From assembly GCA_044892525.1 (NCBI GenBank), contig CM097885.1, positions 26,352,001 to 26,412,000 of the forward strand: DNA of 60,000 bases. The letters are read 5' to 3'. Origin of the DNA: Schmidtea polychroa. Lineage: Eukaryota. The position numbers and the translations under genes are program-made. Below the pieces are notes generated by a model. The model saw only the letters and a list, made by a program, of their open reading frames with translations. It did not search any database and had not been told where the DNA came from. Shown in pieces: positions 36,554-48,399 of the stretch. Position 1 is the first letter of the stretch. Each line of letters opens with the position of its first letter.

Positions 36554-38722
36554 GTGTTGTTGACAACCGATGCACTGACTCACCCACAATTTAATATCGT
36601 GCCTCATTGCTGGCCAAACCACATGTGAATGCAATAGGTTGAAGGTAGCCGACGAACCTGGATGATGTAAGTCGTGAATGGAGTGGAAAGCTAATTTCCG
36701 TAAGGAATCGTGCAAAATCGGTCTTAAAACACCTGATAAAGACGAGTCAAAGTGTACTCCGTCCACGATTTCAAGCTTATCGCCAAAACAAGCTAGATCT
36801 TTTGCCGAAGGTGGATTGTCGCGGAGGCACTGTACTGGAAATATCGGATCGTGCAATATAGCGTTGGTGCTGCGGGAAAGACAGTCTGCAATAACGTTTT
36901 CTTTGCCGGCAATGTGGCGTATTTCGGAAGAAAATTCTGAAATATAACTGATTTGCCTCTGTTGTCGTGGAGATGGGTCTTTCATTCCAAAAAGATAAGT
37001 TAGCGGTTTGTGGTCAGTGTAGATGACAAAAGGACGACCTTCAAGCAAGTGCTTGAAATGTTTGATTGAAAGATATATGCCTAAGAGTTCTCGGTCGAAA
37101 GCCGAATATTTCCGTTGTGCGGAAGAAAGTTTCTTTGAGAAAAACTCTAAGGGTTCAGAAATGTCATTATGTAATTGGTGTAATACTGCACCAATAGCAA
37201 CGTTTGATGCATCAGTGGTCAGACTCCAAGGTAAATCAGCATTGGGAAAATGGAGTGTTTGAATTTTCGAAAGTGCCGACTTAGCGTTTTCAAATGCACT
37301 GAGTGTGGTATCGCCCCATGACACTAAAGACTTTTTTGGTTTTGAAACAAGACCTGAAAGAGGTGACAAAATGTCAGAAACCCCTGGAATAAAACGATGA
37401 CAATAGTTTATCGTTCCCAAAAAACTTCTCAGTTGTGAAACTGTTTTTGGAAGTGGGAATTTGGCTATGGTATCTAGTCTATCCGGAGGAGGTCGGATTC
37501 CATCTCCGGAAATTAAATGTCCCAGAAAACGAGTCTCGTGTTGGAAGAAGGTACACTTATCAACGTTTACCGTAAGGTTGTATTGCCGAAGTGCTGTTAA
37601 AGTTCTTGTCAGATGGGTTATATGCGTCTCTAAATCAGGTGATCCGATTAAAATGTCGTCTATGTAAGGAACTGCGAAAGGCAGGTCCATTAAGACTTGA
37701 TCAATATACCTTTGAAAGGTCTGTGCAGAATTACGAAGGCCAAATGGCATATGCACGTACTCGAAAAGTCCGATCGGAGTTATTACGGCTGTTTTTTCTA
37801 TGTCAGACTCTCGCACGGGTATCTGATGGTACGCCTTCACGAGGTCGATTGTGGAGAAAATCTTTGCCTTCGAAAGACGGTGAAGGATATCACTAACAAG
37901 CGGCATGCTATAGGAATCATGTACCGTAATAGCATTAAGGTTTCGATAGTCGCCACACGGACGGAAAGTGCCATCTTTTTTTGGGACCAGGTGCAATGGC
38001 GATGACCATGGAGATTTAGATCTCCGAATGGTACCCTCATGTAAAAGGTTAGTGAACTCGGAACGTACAAATTCGAGTTTTTCATTCGACAGTGGTCTAA
38101 TTTTGCATCTAACTGGTAAAGATGAAGTTGTGTCGATCGTGTGGCAGTAAAGCGGCTTCGAAACGTCACTTATTGGCGTGTTAAAACACCTATTAATAAT
38201 ATCTAAGGCTATTTTTGGGTATTCGATTGTTATAACCGTTTTCGACGGAGTAGTATTTATATCGTCCGTTCCTATCCGTTGTGGATCTTCAAAGATGTTT
38301 GAGGGAATAGTGCTGCAGTTTAATTGGTTATTTATCCTTAAAGTGCGTCCACGGCAATCTACAAGTAGTTCGTTAGCGCTTAAAAAATCAGATCCAAATA
38401 TGGGGATAATAACCTCTGCTATATAAAATTTCCACTCAAATAATTGGTCGCCCAGAAATGGCAACGAGAAAGCAATTGTCTTTGAACCTAAAGTCTCAAC
38501 AACACTACCGTTTGCGGCCTTCAAAGAAATATCGACAGTGTTGAGGTCTGGAAGGTACTCTTTAGGTAAGATCGACAAGCTGGAACCAGTGTCGACAAGG
38601 AATTTTAGTCTGTTGGAAGGAGACGACAATATATTAAAAGCGTTTGACTCTGCTTCTATTAAAAATAAATCTGATTTTGATGAAATTTTGCCTCCCACCT
38701 CTGCCGCTAGAAGTGGTGGCAT
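36554..38722 (-). CDS. pol: Gypsy pol: protease, RT, RNase H, start of integrase Zn-binding domain; integrase core absent
   Basis: FLVDTGS; SPWSSPLHLVPKKDG..DYRNLN; YIDDIL; TTDAS..YSAFDRELL..TDHKPL..NVIADCLSR; H..HHPG..CIGCQ; AAAAAAC -1 slippery site at the gag-pol overlap (about 38727-38734). Confidence 0.97.
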
Positions 38723-39990
38723 TATAAGTTTTTTTGATTGTTTGCTTTAGGTTTTGTGTAATTGGAGCAGCCTTCGAAGCATTTTAAGGCTTTATCTCCA
38801 AACCTGTCGTGGTATATACACTTGTCAAGTATCTGACAGGATGGTGCTTTGTCTCGCCAATTGCAACCTAGGTGGAAGAACCGTGCCTTGTTACGAAACT
38901 TAAAATGGAAACGGCACAGGTTCCTGGTTGCAGGTGAAGGTGAACGTTGACGAGTATTTTGCACAAAGTGTGATTTTTGGGCATATTGCCTGTCGTCATT
39001 TGTCCGCCTGGTGGACATGCTATTCTCAAGCTCGCTGATGCGTTTAGTGAGGCCTGTAATAGCGCAAAGTAAGGCTTCTTCGGTCGAAGGTTTTAAAGAA
39101 GAAGAAGAAGGTAAAATTTCGGGGTTAGTGCTGCTACTTAACTGCACAGAGCAAGTTGGTTGCGGACCAAGTTAATCTTGTCGGCCATCTTTGCTAGCTC
39201 TACCACGTCTGCTGTTGACGAAAGCGCTAAAATTTGTTGTGCGTGTGGCGGTAAAGCAGACAGAAAAAATTGCCTCAAGAGTTTTTGATCCGCCGCAGCC
39301 TCCGGATGTATTTGCGTTAGTTCCGCCATGGCGTGTTGCAAGAACTGTGATGGTTTCCTGCTGCCCAAAGTTTGCGTCTTAAAGTATTTAGTGAAGACGG
39401 CAGCTGTAGGTTCCTTAAAAATATCGAGGATTGCCGTACGCAATTCTTCATATGGGTTTTTTACGCTAGTAGGCGAAGTGCGAAGGATCACGGACGAAAG
39501 TTTACTTAATATCGTCGGCGGAATCAACGGTAAGATGCGACAGTATTTGTCTCGTGAACTGGTTACCTCGATTCCCTCGAGTGCTAGTTCGGTAGCTATC
39601 AGCCAAGTAAGTGGAGAGTTATTCTCATCCAAAAAATATTGACATAAGTACGTTGATCGCTGGTTGTTGGACCTACGTTTATGTTTTGCCTGTTTGGGGT
39701 TGCTGCCTGAGTCATTCTCCGAATCGGAGGAACCGCCAGAAAGTGGCAACAAACAATGAATGACGCTGTATGGTGTCACTCCATAGTCGCCCAAGGTACG
39801 ACTGTCGGAAAGGATGTTGCCGTTATACGACAAGAGAAAACGGCATTTGTGATTAGTCAATATGCTGTAATTTTTAGAAAGACCTTTAATTGTAGTGTCT
39901 GTGTCAACTGAAACGGTTTGTGTCTTATTTGTTCCAGGGTTTTCTATTAATATTTGGAACTTTTTGGGCCCCGGTGCGGTGCTACCCTCT
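38722..39990 (-). CDS. gag: Ubiquitin-like domain plus Gag (DUF7041/CsRn1-like), frameshift near 39140
   Basis: FQILIENPGTNKTQTVSVDTDTTIKGL..LSYNGNILSDSRTLGDYGV..IHCLLPLSGG; PLTWL..KY..PYEELRTAIL..LGSRKPSQFL..FLSALP..LAKMADKI; CRFHFKF..C and CIYHDRFGDKALKC..C. Confidence 0.9.
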
Positions 39991-41281
39991 CGTGTGGGCT
40001 GATGCTTATTTAAATAATTTATTATAATTTTATATATGATATCAATAATAATATAAATCAATAATAATATAGTATAATTTAATAATAATATAATAATATA
40101 ATTTAGAGGTAATCGATCTAAGGTACCTGGCGGTGCTGACACGGGCATTGCTTGATTGAGTCTCGATTCGCTGGGAGACGGTTTATTATCGTGAATAAAT
40201 GGCTGTCCCGGTGCACGAGAGTTTAATGTGAAAAAATCATTATTCTGTTGCATTAAGAATTCATTTGGATTTGGTCGAAGCATGATGCGTTGTGGGGCTG
40301 TGTATAAGACATCACTCGTTAGCAATTTGTTATTTGGTATATAATTGTTGATCGGAGTCATTTTTTTACGATTTTCAACGGCAATCATCTCAGCCAATGC
40401 TTGCCGGGAAACATTAATCGAATCAAAATCTATATCGGCTGTATCTTTATATTTCTGATCGTAATGTGAATTCGGTTTCTCCGAGCCAAATATGCGATTT
40501 ATATCCATTTCGTTTCGATCATGATACTGACCGTAGTTAAGCACACCGTTGTTGTTTGCCTGTTGATTGATGTTGTGATCGTATGACTGATTATTATTGT
40601 TGTTATTCTTGATTGCGGCGTGGTTTTGAGAATTTAACTGGCAGAAACTTTCCAGCAGAGAATTCGACGAACCAACTGAATTCAAACTGTTCATAAATGA
40701 TTTCTGATCTGAAAGCCGTGACAGGGGAGATGTGGAATTCAGTGTACTGTGGAATTCAGTAATATCATTACCAGCTGAGCTTTTGAAAGCACTGAATAGG
40801 GGAAATTCGGATTTAGTATCCGATGATTCAGATTGTAATTGAATACTTTTACTGATAAATTTGAAAGACGATTTATTTATCGGGTCAGCAATTTGAAATT
40901 GACCATTTGGAATATGATTATTATCTGTGATATTTGCAGGGGTCGAAATGGAATCACATAGAACGACTACGGGATCCAAAAAATCACGATCTGGAATTGT
41001 CTGAATTAATTTGATATACTCTTCTCGATTCGATGACAAACAACAGGAATGAGCAATTATCAAATGATCTATCAGCCTATATATATCATGGGATATAGGA
41101 TTAAATTTTGATGAAAGTTTTAATTCAGGAAATATTTTGGAAAGCGTATGGAACATATTTTGACGTAATTCCGCTGTTCGTTTATGAGAAACTAACATAG
41201 ATTGTATTTCCTGTAATCTGGATTTAGCAATTATATTAGCCGCTAAATAAGTTTCTAAATGTTCAAATCTTGAACATTGTT

Positions 41282-41299
41282 ATCCCACTTCTGACACCA
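41282..41299 (-). promoter_or_regulatory. Primer-binding site tRNA-Leu (18 nt)
   Basis: Minus strand ..ccacaaca t tggtgtcagaagtgggat. Confidence 0.92.
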
Positions 41300-41300
41300 A

Positions 41301-42440
41301 TGTTGTGGTTGGCGTAGTCCTTTCTGGTGATTTGGCAATAGAATCATTTCTTTGACCATTATTCGAGAAAACGCTAAATAATTCTTCAGTTTTCTTTTTT
41401 TTCTGGCTGACATAATGATGGATTTTCGCAATGAATTATTTTACAATGGGTAGTATTGAACAAAACCGCGTCACATTGTTTGTAGTCACAACAATATTTA
41501 ATACATTCGTCCCACTCATCTAGCATGATTATCTTTTGTATGATATTAGTTTTATTAACAAGACCAAATGGAAAGTGATTCAATAACACGATTTGTGAAT
41601 ACCTATCATCAGATGAATTAATATCCTTACATACTTCCTCCTTGTTCGAGGTTATGAAATTTAACAATATCAGTAATGTAAATAATTTTAAAATCATTTG
41701 AGAAGAAAAGTAATTAAATTCAATTTAAAGTCAGACAATTTATATAATAAATTCGATTTACACAATTTTTATTTAAATTCCAATTTTCACTTATTTAAGT
41801 AAAACAAAAATATATTATAGAAACTATATAAAAAATGTAAATATAATCAGACCAGGTAAACATATTCAACAGGCATTTCTCATTTACAAAATGTTAACTA
41901 AAAATAATAATTTCATATAGTCCGATTATTTCTAAAGATTTTACAGCCTGCCGATTTGTCCATGAACCATTTTGACCATTGTCATTCGCATACAATATTT
42001 GAGGAAATGTATATCCTTTGCCGTTCTGATCCTTTTTTGCATTATCACCTTGATCAGAATTTGTAAAGACGTGTGGTGGTTTGATAAAAAGATCTTTTCG
42101 GGTTCATATTATTGTTAGGATTTGTTCCGTATTTCGCGAATTGTAATGGATGAGGGTGTTGGTCTATGAAAGCCAACACTAAAACTATTGGGAGCCGAAT
42201 ACAGTTTATCTTGATAATGATAACATGGCATCGAATTTGCTTTACTCGTCTGAGATTGATTAATAGAGCCTGATTGATAAGTAGAAGTATTAGCTGATCG
42301 CACGACTTTTGATTGACTATACTTGTGTTCTGTTTGGTCCTTATTCGTTGGTGACCGCGCATTTATATATAATATAATATAATATAATATAGTATAATAG
42401 GTATATAGATATTGTTAAGGCCGTGTAACGGCTCACTACA
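41301..42440 (-). repeat. 5' LTR of element B, 1140 bp
   Basis: tgtagtg..cacaaca followed by the PBS. Confidence 0.9.
41386..41697 (-). CDS. Signal peptide plus MANSC/MANEC-like Cys domain inside the LTR (second copy 36125-36436 +)
   Basis: MILKLFTLLILLNFITS; C..CIKYCCDYKQCDAVLFNTTHCKIIHCENPSLCQP cysteine spacing. Confidence 0.7.
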   Translation of the reverse strand: MILKLFTLLILLNFITSNKEEVCKDINSSDDRYSQIVLLNHFPFGLVNKTNIIQKIIMLDEWDECIKYCCDYKQCDAVLFNTTHCKIIHCENPSLCQPEKKEN

Positions 42441-44250
42441 GTCTCTTACCGAATTTACTATAGGTTTTTTACATAAGTAGCAATTTCGACAAGATTTAAA
42501 CTGACGTTCCTCAATGAAAGACATCGGTCCTATCAACTTATTATCTTCCATATCATAATACGGTATCACAACAGTAGTAGCAATTTCCTCAACTTCAACT
42601 TCCTCAAAATCAGTAATACAGTCAAGGCCATAAAATTCAAAATATTGTTTAGTATTTTTATAATTTTTTATTAATAAAAGGCCTGCTGAACTAGGCATAT
42701 GAATTTGATGATGACGAGCATCAGGGATTAAAACCGACTCAAAATCGGCATAAATTACAAAAGGTGGTGTTATTGTTTTAGAAAAATTTTGAAAATCGAG
42801 ATTTTTATTTTAGGGTAAAGTTTAAAGGGTTGTTCCTGTCTGATTTTTGGCACATAATGCGACATGAATATTAAACGCGTTATCTAATCGGAACCCGTTA
42901 AGACAGTGTGGGCACCATTGACATCTTATTTTAACCTTACAGTCATGGTTCCGATGACAGTTCATTAGTCTATTGATATTGGTCACAGCAGTATAATGAT
43001 ATCGATCCTTATTTTCTAATAATAACAAATAAATTGAGTTTCCGCCAGTGACCTTAGATCGATGGATAAGACTTAAATGAGGATGGTGAAAGACATAATT
43101 ATCAGGGGTTTCATCGTCATCAATTATTATAGTTGGAGTGTATGAAAGCACATTAATGGCTAATTTTAAATTTATGTTTTTCTTTTCGAATTTAGGAATT
43201 TTGATTAATTTCATGGGACAATACGTGACTTCGTCATATTCACTCAAAAATTCAGTGTATTTAGATACTCTTTGAGGATTTTCACCTATTTGATCTTTCT
43301 TTAATAAGTAAAGAATGGAATACAGAAAGCATTTATCGTCGCTATTTTTGATGTTTAATATAGCTTTCTTATTTTTCAAGTCAGAAGGGGTTTTAATATA
43401 TTGATGTCCTGCCAAGCGACTAATTGGTTCATATTTAGTGATAATAAAATGTATCTCAAGAATATTGATAACGCGCCATCCACTGCCTGAATAGGTAAAT
43501 TGTTCTATATTTTCATTTAGTTTATGAACCCCTTCGTTTAAAAAGTCATCAGAAAATGTCGTTGCATTATTAGAAAAGTAATTTTTACGGATTTCACCAT
43601 CTTTTTCAAATCGAATTAATATCGCAAATTGAATTTTGACGCTCCCCATTTTATTAATTTCTTTTATTAATTTAGTTTTGATTTTATCTATTAAAATTAT
43701 TTTAATTAATTGCGCATCTGATACATCAAAACGTAGTCTTGATAGCGCCATTTAAATTTTCTAAGGAAGAACCTCCAAATTGAATCAAATCATTGTATAA
43801 TATCTACATTATTTATAATAGATATAATTTTATTATCTATAATATTTTCATTATTTATAATAGGTATAATTTCGTTATTTATAATATTTATAGAGTCATC
43901 ACTGATTTCGATGACTTCCTTTTTAATAATTTTATTAAGTACATCATTTTCCTTATTTTCAGCAGGTCTTTTATTTTCTGATGTTTTATTTTGTATAATA
44001 TTTAAAATATCACAGTTATTTTTATTAATTTCCATAAATAGGTCTTTTTTATTTAATTTAAAAGAATTGAAATGATTTGAATGTTCTCTAAAAAATTCTT
44101 TATATCTAACGCTCTGGGAAGTTTTGCATATGGAGCATATAAAAAAGTTGATGCCATTAAATTTATGCTTGTAATATTTTTTCATGTTTTTATAGCATGA
44201 AATACCATGACCGATTGACGACATGCAATATCTCGGGTAAAAAGAACCTG
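42441..44250 (-). pseudogene. pPolB of Polinton 1, 5' part
   Basis: GSGWRV, YIKTP..KKAILNIKNSDDKCFLYSIL, HY..V.NINRL, CPHCLNGF, PPFVIYADFESVL, CRNCYLCKK. Confidence 0.93.
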
Positions 44251-44821
44251 ATAAAAAAAAATTAAATTATTAAAAAAATTAATTTATTAACATATTACTG
44301 GTTCGATTTCGATCAAGTCTTGTATCTCTTTTGCCTGCACTTCTATATGAATTTGAGTGTACCATTTTGACATGTTTTGTCTCTATCAGTTTTATACTAT
44401 CAAATCCCTCCAAAAAAACCACCAAGGTGCTTCAGAAATTCATTATAATAATACACTCATTTGATTGGTGGAAAACAAACTTAAAAATTTAATTATATTT
44501 TATATTTTAATTATTAAATATATTACGTTAAAATTTAAATTTATTTTAAAAACTTATTTTGACGGTTAAGTTGACAAAATAAAATTATTGCACATACTTT
44601 GCATTATCATATATAGTCTATCAGACAAGATATTCTGTTCCTCTAAGGGTAATGATCACAAAGGTATTGCTAAAACTTTAACATATTATTACACACAATG
44701 TATATAAAATATTATTAGTGTCCACACATGGTCATGCAACAAGTTAGTGGTCCCATCGATAGCTCATCATAAAGTCTAGTGTAAGATCTCTCTAATGATT
44801 TATTATTATTATATATCTATA

Positions 44822-45007
44822 TAATAAGTAAAGAATGGAATACAGAAAGCATTTATCGTCGCTATTTTTGATGTTTAATATAGCTTTCTTATTTTTCAAT
44901 TCAGAAGGGGTTTTAATATATTGATGTCCTGCCAATCGACTAATTGGTTCATATTTAGTGATAATAAAATGTATCTCAAGAATGTTGATAACGCGCCATC
45001 CACTGCC
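44822..45007 (-). repeat. Direct duplicate of pPolB 43302-43487 next to an (ATT)n tract
   Basis: GSGWRVINILEIH..DDKCFLYSILYLL near-identical. Confidence 0.92.
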
Positions 45008-45039
45008 TATTATTATAATTGGTAAAAATATTATTATTA

Positions 45040-45118
<79 letters not shown>

Positions 45119-45351
45119 CATTATATATACTCCTAGTCTATCAAACAAGATATTCTGTCCCCCTATGGTTACTGCTCACAAAGGTACTCCTCAGTAGGTC
45201 ATTTAAAGGTCAAAATTTAAAGTCAAATATTTAAACAAAGACATATTACGCCACAAAGACATTTTATCAAACAACGACATATGACTCATCAATTTAAACA
45301 AAGACATAGTCATTATATTTTTAATTTCCAAAGGTCAAATAAGGTCTACCA

Positions 45352-45391
<40 letters not shown>

Positions 45392-45449
45392 CTCCTAGTC
45401 TATCAAACAAGATATTCTGTCCCCCTATTCCCCCCTACACGTTTTTTTC

Positions 45450-46015
45450 GGAATGAAAGTACTCCAAGGCATCGTGAACAAAAAGAATGTTCTGGACAAT
45501 TTCAGAAGTGTTTGAAACACCCATCTTCTCGAAGCTGAGTAACAGAAGATACTACGATATTCAAAAGAATATACATTTTTATAACAATGAAGACTACAAT
45601 CCTGAAACTCCAATGACTATCCAACCACGAGAAAGCGGTGAAAAAATACTACAAAAAAGTATTTTTTCATTTACTAGATATTTCAGTGTGGAACGCATTT
45701 GTGTTGTACCGATAAAATGGAGGCGAAAGTAACAATTTGGAATTTAGAAAAACCTTGATAGAAAAGATAATTACAAAATATCATATCCACACTAAAAAAT
45801 CTGGAAGACCTAGTACTCAACCTGGTCCATTGTGTCTCACTGAGAGGCAATTTCCCGAATTAGTTCCAGTAACGGAGAAAAAAAGACTAACCTATATAGA
45901 TGTTGCGCTGTATGTTGCAGCAAAAAAGATAAGGGATACTTTTGCAGAAATTGCAATGTGGGATTATGTGCCGTGCCATACTTCATGGTGTACCATACAC
46001 AATTAAATTTTTAGG
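45450..46015 (+). mobile_element. piggyBac transposase remnant, internally deleted
   Basis: FWTISEVFETPIFSKL..RYYDIQKNIHFYNNE; KKYYKKVFFHLLDISVWNAFVLY; LEFRKTLI; C-terminal Cys-rich CAVC..YFCRNCNVGLC..YH. Confidence 0.85.
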
Positions 46016-46957
46016 TTTATTTATTTATTTATTTTTTTGTCATGTGTTCATATATATCAATAAAAAAATTTTGAACTACTTTTGTCTTCTATATAATTTT
46101 TTTAATATTTTACGAGAAAAAAAACATGTATTTAAAAAAATATACAATTTACTATTTCGGCCCGCCCCCAGGTAAAGTATACTTGCTACGCCACTGAAAA
46201 CAATTTTTTTTAATTTAATTAGGTATATAAACAAAATTTTCACTCGATAAGTTTTTGACACAAAATTCAAAATAAATGTGTAGGTTTACTATTTCAATTC
46301 CATTGGATATTTTTTCTCCTTTTGTTAGATACATTTTGTACACATTCATCATAAAAAACTATAATTTATACATGTGCAATCAATAAAATTTACATAAATT
46401 AAACATAACAACAAAATAAAATTTTAACTAAATAACTAAAATTACATAAATAAAAATAAAATTACATAAAACAATAATTTAAAATAATTTATTATAACAA
46501 TCTCTAAGGTGAAAGCTAATTCTAGCTTATTTCTGGCGATCCTCCAATTTCCACAGCACACAACTGGTGAATCGCATATGGGCTCATCTTTAATCTAATT
46601 ATTTTTCTATTTTTCTTATACGACGAAGAATATATACTGAAATATACTGAATACAGAACACCAAGTCACAAAGTTCTTCTGGCTACAGTTGTATCATCTT
46701 ATTAACAAGAGCTTGATACATTATTTCTAAAAATTAATTTAAAATTAAAAATGTAACTTACCATCAATTGATTGGGATAACATTTATATTGAAATAAATA
46801 AATAATGTACTTGTATTTATACCAATATTTAAACACAAAAGAAACACAGTCATGTACAACCAATCAAATTCATATACTAGTATTACAACATATATTTACA
46901 TATACAATCATATACAACACATATTGTTAGGTAATGGTTAGTAAGAAATTTAGTATT

Positions 46958-47288
46958 TCATACTCTTCTAATGTCGTTAAGAATATTTTCAACCAAATCG
47001 TGATAATCCAATGTTTTTATACCTAGTATGACTATCTTACCACTGGCAAACACATTAACGCATAAGGGATTATACTTTACATATCGCAAAACTGGAAAGA
47101 TTTCCGGTTCATATATGGAATTAGTTTTCTTTAATATATCATATAAATCAATTTTTGTTCCAATGTCTGCAGTTACAGTAATGGATTGAATTTGAAAATC
47201 CTCTATTTCTAAATCCTTCTACTTTTAGTGGTTACCTACATCCCATTATTCTACATTTACCAGATTTGAAAAACATAATTGGGTACTT
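46958..47288 (-). pseudogene. TATA-binding-protein-like gene, 5' truncated, one stop and frameshift
   Basis: KYPIMFFKSGKCRIMGCR* / KDLEIEDFQIQSITVTADIGTKIDLYDILKKTNSIYEPEIFPVLRYVKYNPLCVNVFASGKIVILGIKTLDYHDLVENILNDIRRV*; matches TBP IFSSGK.VCTG, DFKIQN.V.S.D, YEPELFPGL.Y, IFVSGKVVLTG.K. Confidence 0.88.
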
Positions 47289-47807
47289 TTAAGTCAAAAT
47301 TTAATAAAATATATTGGCACAGGGGAGCTGATGATGAACATGGGATGACGCAAGACCAATTTTGTAAAATAAAAATGAGAATAATAAAAGGATCCGATAA
47401 AAACTGGTCAAATAGATTACGACAAGGCGATGTAATTATTATCGATGATTTGTATCAAGAAGCCAATAAAGAAAAGGATTTTAATAATTTATTTACAAAG
47501 ATTGCTAGGCATAAAGGCGTAACATTTTTATAACACAGAATCTATTTCATCAAGGTGGAGCTCATAGAACTCGAAACTTGAATGTTCAATATTTGGTTGT
47601 TTTTAAAAATCCAAGAGATGCAACTGTAATTGATTTCCTTGCAAGACAAGCTTATCCTAATAATCGTAATTTCTTGATCCGTGCATTTCAAGATACAACC
47701 AAAATTCCATACGGATATATATTTCTTGATTTACATGTCCAGATGATTTACGGTTTAAAACCGATATCTTTAACAAAGAAGGTAGCATGATTTATAAACA
47801 AAGTTGA
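47279..47807 (+). pseudogene. Polinton A32/FtsK-like packaging ATPase, Walker A region missing
   Basis: IIIDDL, LFTKIARHKG, ITQNLF, RNLNVQYLVVFKNPRD, LARQ.YP, PYGYIFLD. Confidence 0.92.
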
Positions 47808-47828
47808 AATTATTATTATTTCTCAACA

Positions 47829-48339
47829 ATGATGTTACTTAAATCCCGTAGTAAAAAACTTCGAAATGTCATTAAAAAGGCACGTGAAACAATAATTCCA
47901 CCAAGAACTAGTTTCACCATCGAAAAAACTTATAACTGAAAATATCCCTGCAATTAATCGTATTTCGCACAATTCAGTTAAATCAGTTCCAAAGAAAACA
48001 AAATCAGTTACACAAGAATCAAGTCATCGCGGCTTTCCATATTTTAATGTATTATTAAAGGCTCCAAGCATTACAAGAATGAGTATTTTACAGTCGTTTC
48101 CTAATTACGTAATCAATGATTTACTTGATATTATTGTTAAGGTTGTAAAAGGTAAAGTAAATATCAGTAAATCAATTAAAAATGTTTTGAACAAGCATAA
48201 GAAACCGTTGTTATCACTGGTAAATTCCAAAAATCGAAAGCAAATGCGTAAAATAGTATATAAACAACAAGGTGGTCTTATTGGGGCATTACTTCCATTA
48301 GCATTATCATTATTGGGAGTAATAGGACAATCAATATAA
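47829..48339 (+). pseudogene. Polinton basic core-type protein with GGLIGALLP amphipathic C-terminus
   Basis: KHKKPLLSL..KQQGGLIGALLPLALSLLG. Confidence 0.6.
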
Positions 48340-48399
48340 ACAATGGGCACAACTAGTTCATTACCTAATCTTATACTAAAAAGTTAAAAAACAAAGTTT

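Larger units (their letters stand above)
35382..42440 (-). mobile_element. Element B: Gypsy LTR retrotransposon with inverted LTRs, 7059 bp
   Basis: Both ends tgtagtgagccg reading inward; 5-bp TSD gtctc (35377-35381, 42441-42445); gag-pol on the minus strand. Confidence 0.95.

Noticed and set aside
36678..39642. Numerous plus-strand ORFs opposite gag-pol
   Set aside because: Antisense shadows of a relatively GC-rich coding strand, no motifs
42349..42360. tggtgaccgcgc as a second (tRNA-Trp) PBS near the ends of element B
   Set aside because: Only about 8 nt match, it points outward, and it lies in the captured coding frame (ARSPTN); the 18-nt Leu PBS explains the structure
35382..42440. DIRS or Ginger classification for element B
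   Set aside because: No tyrosine recombinase; it has a protease, Gypsy RT/RNase H, a PBS and a 5-bp TSD; the inverted arms end exactly at the PBS
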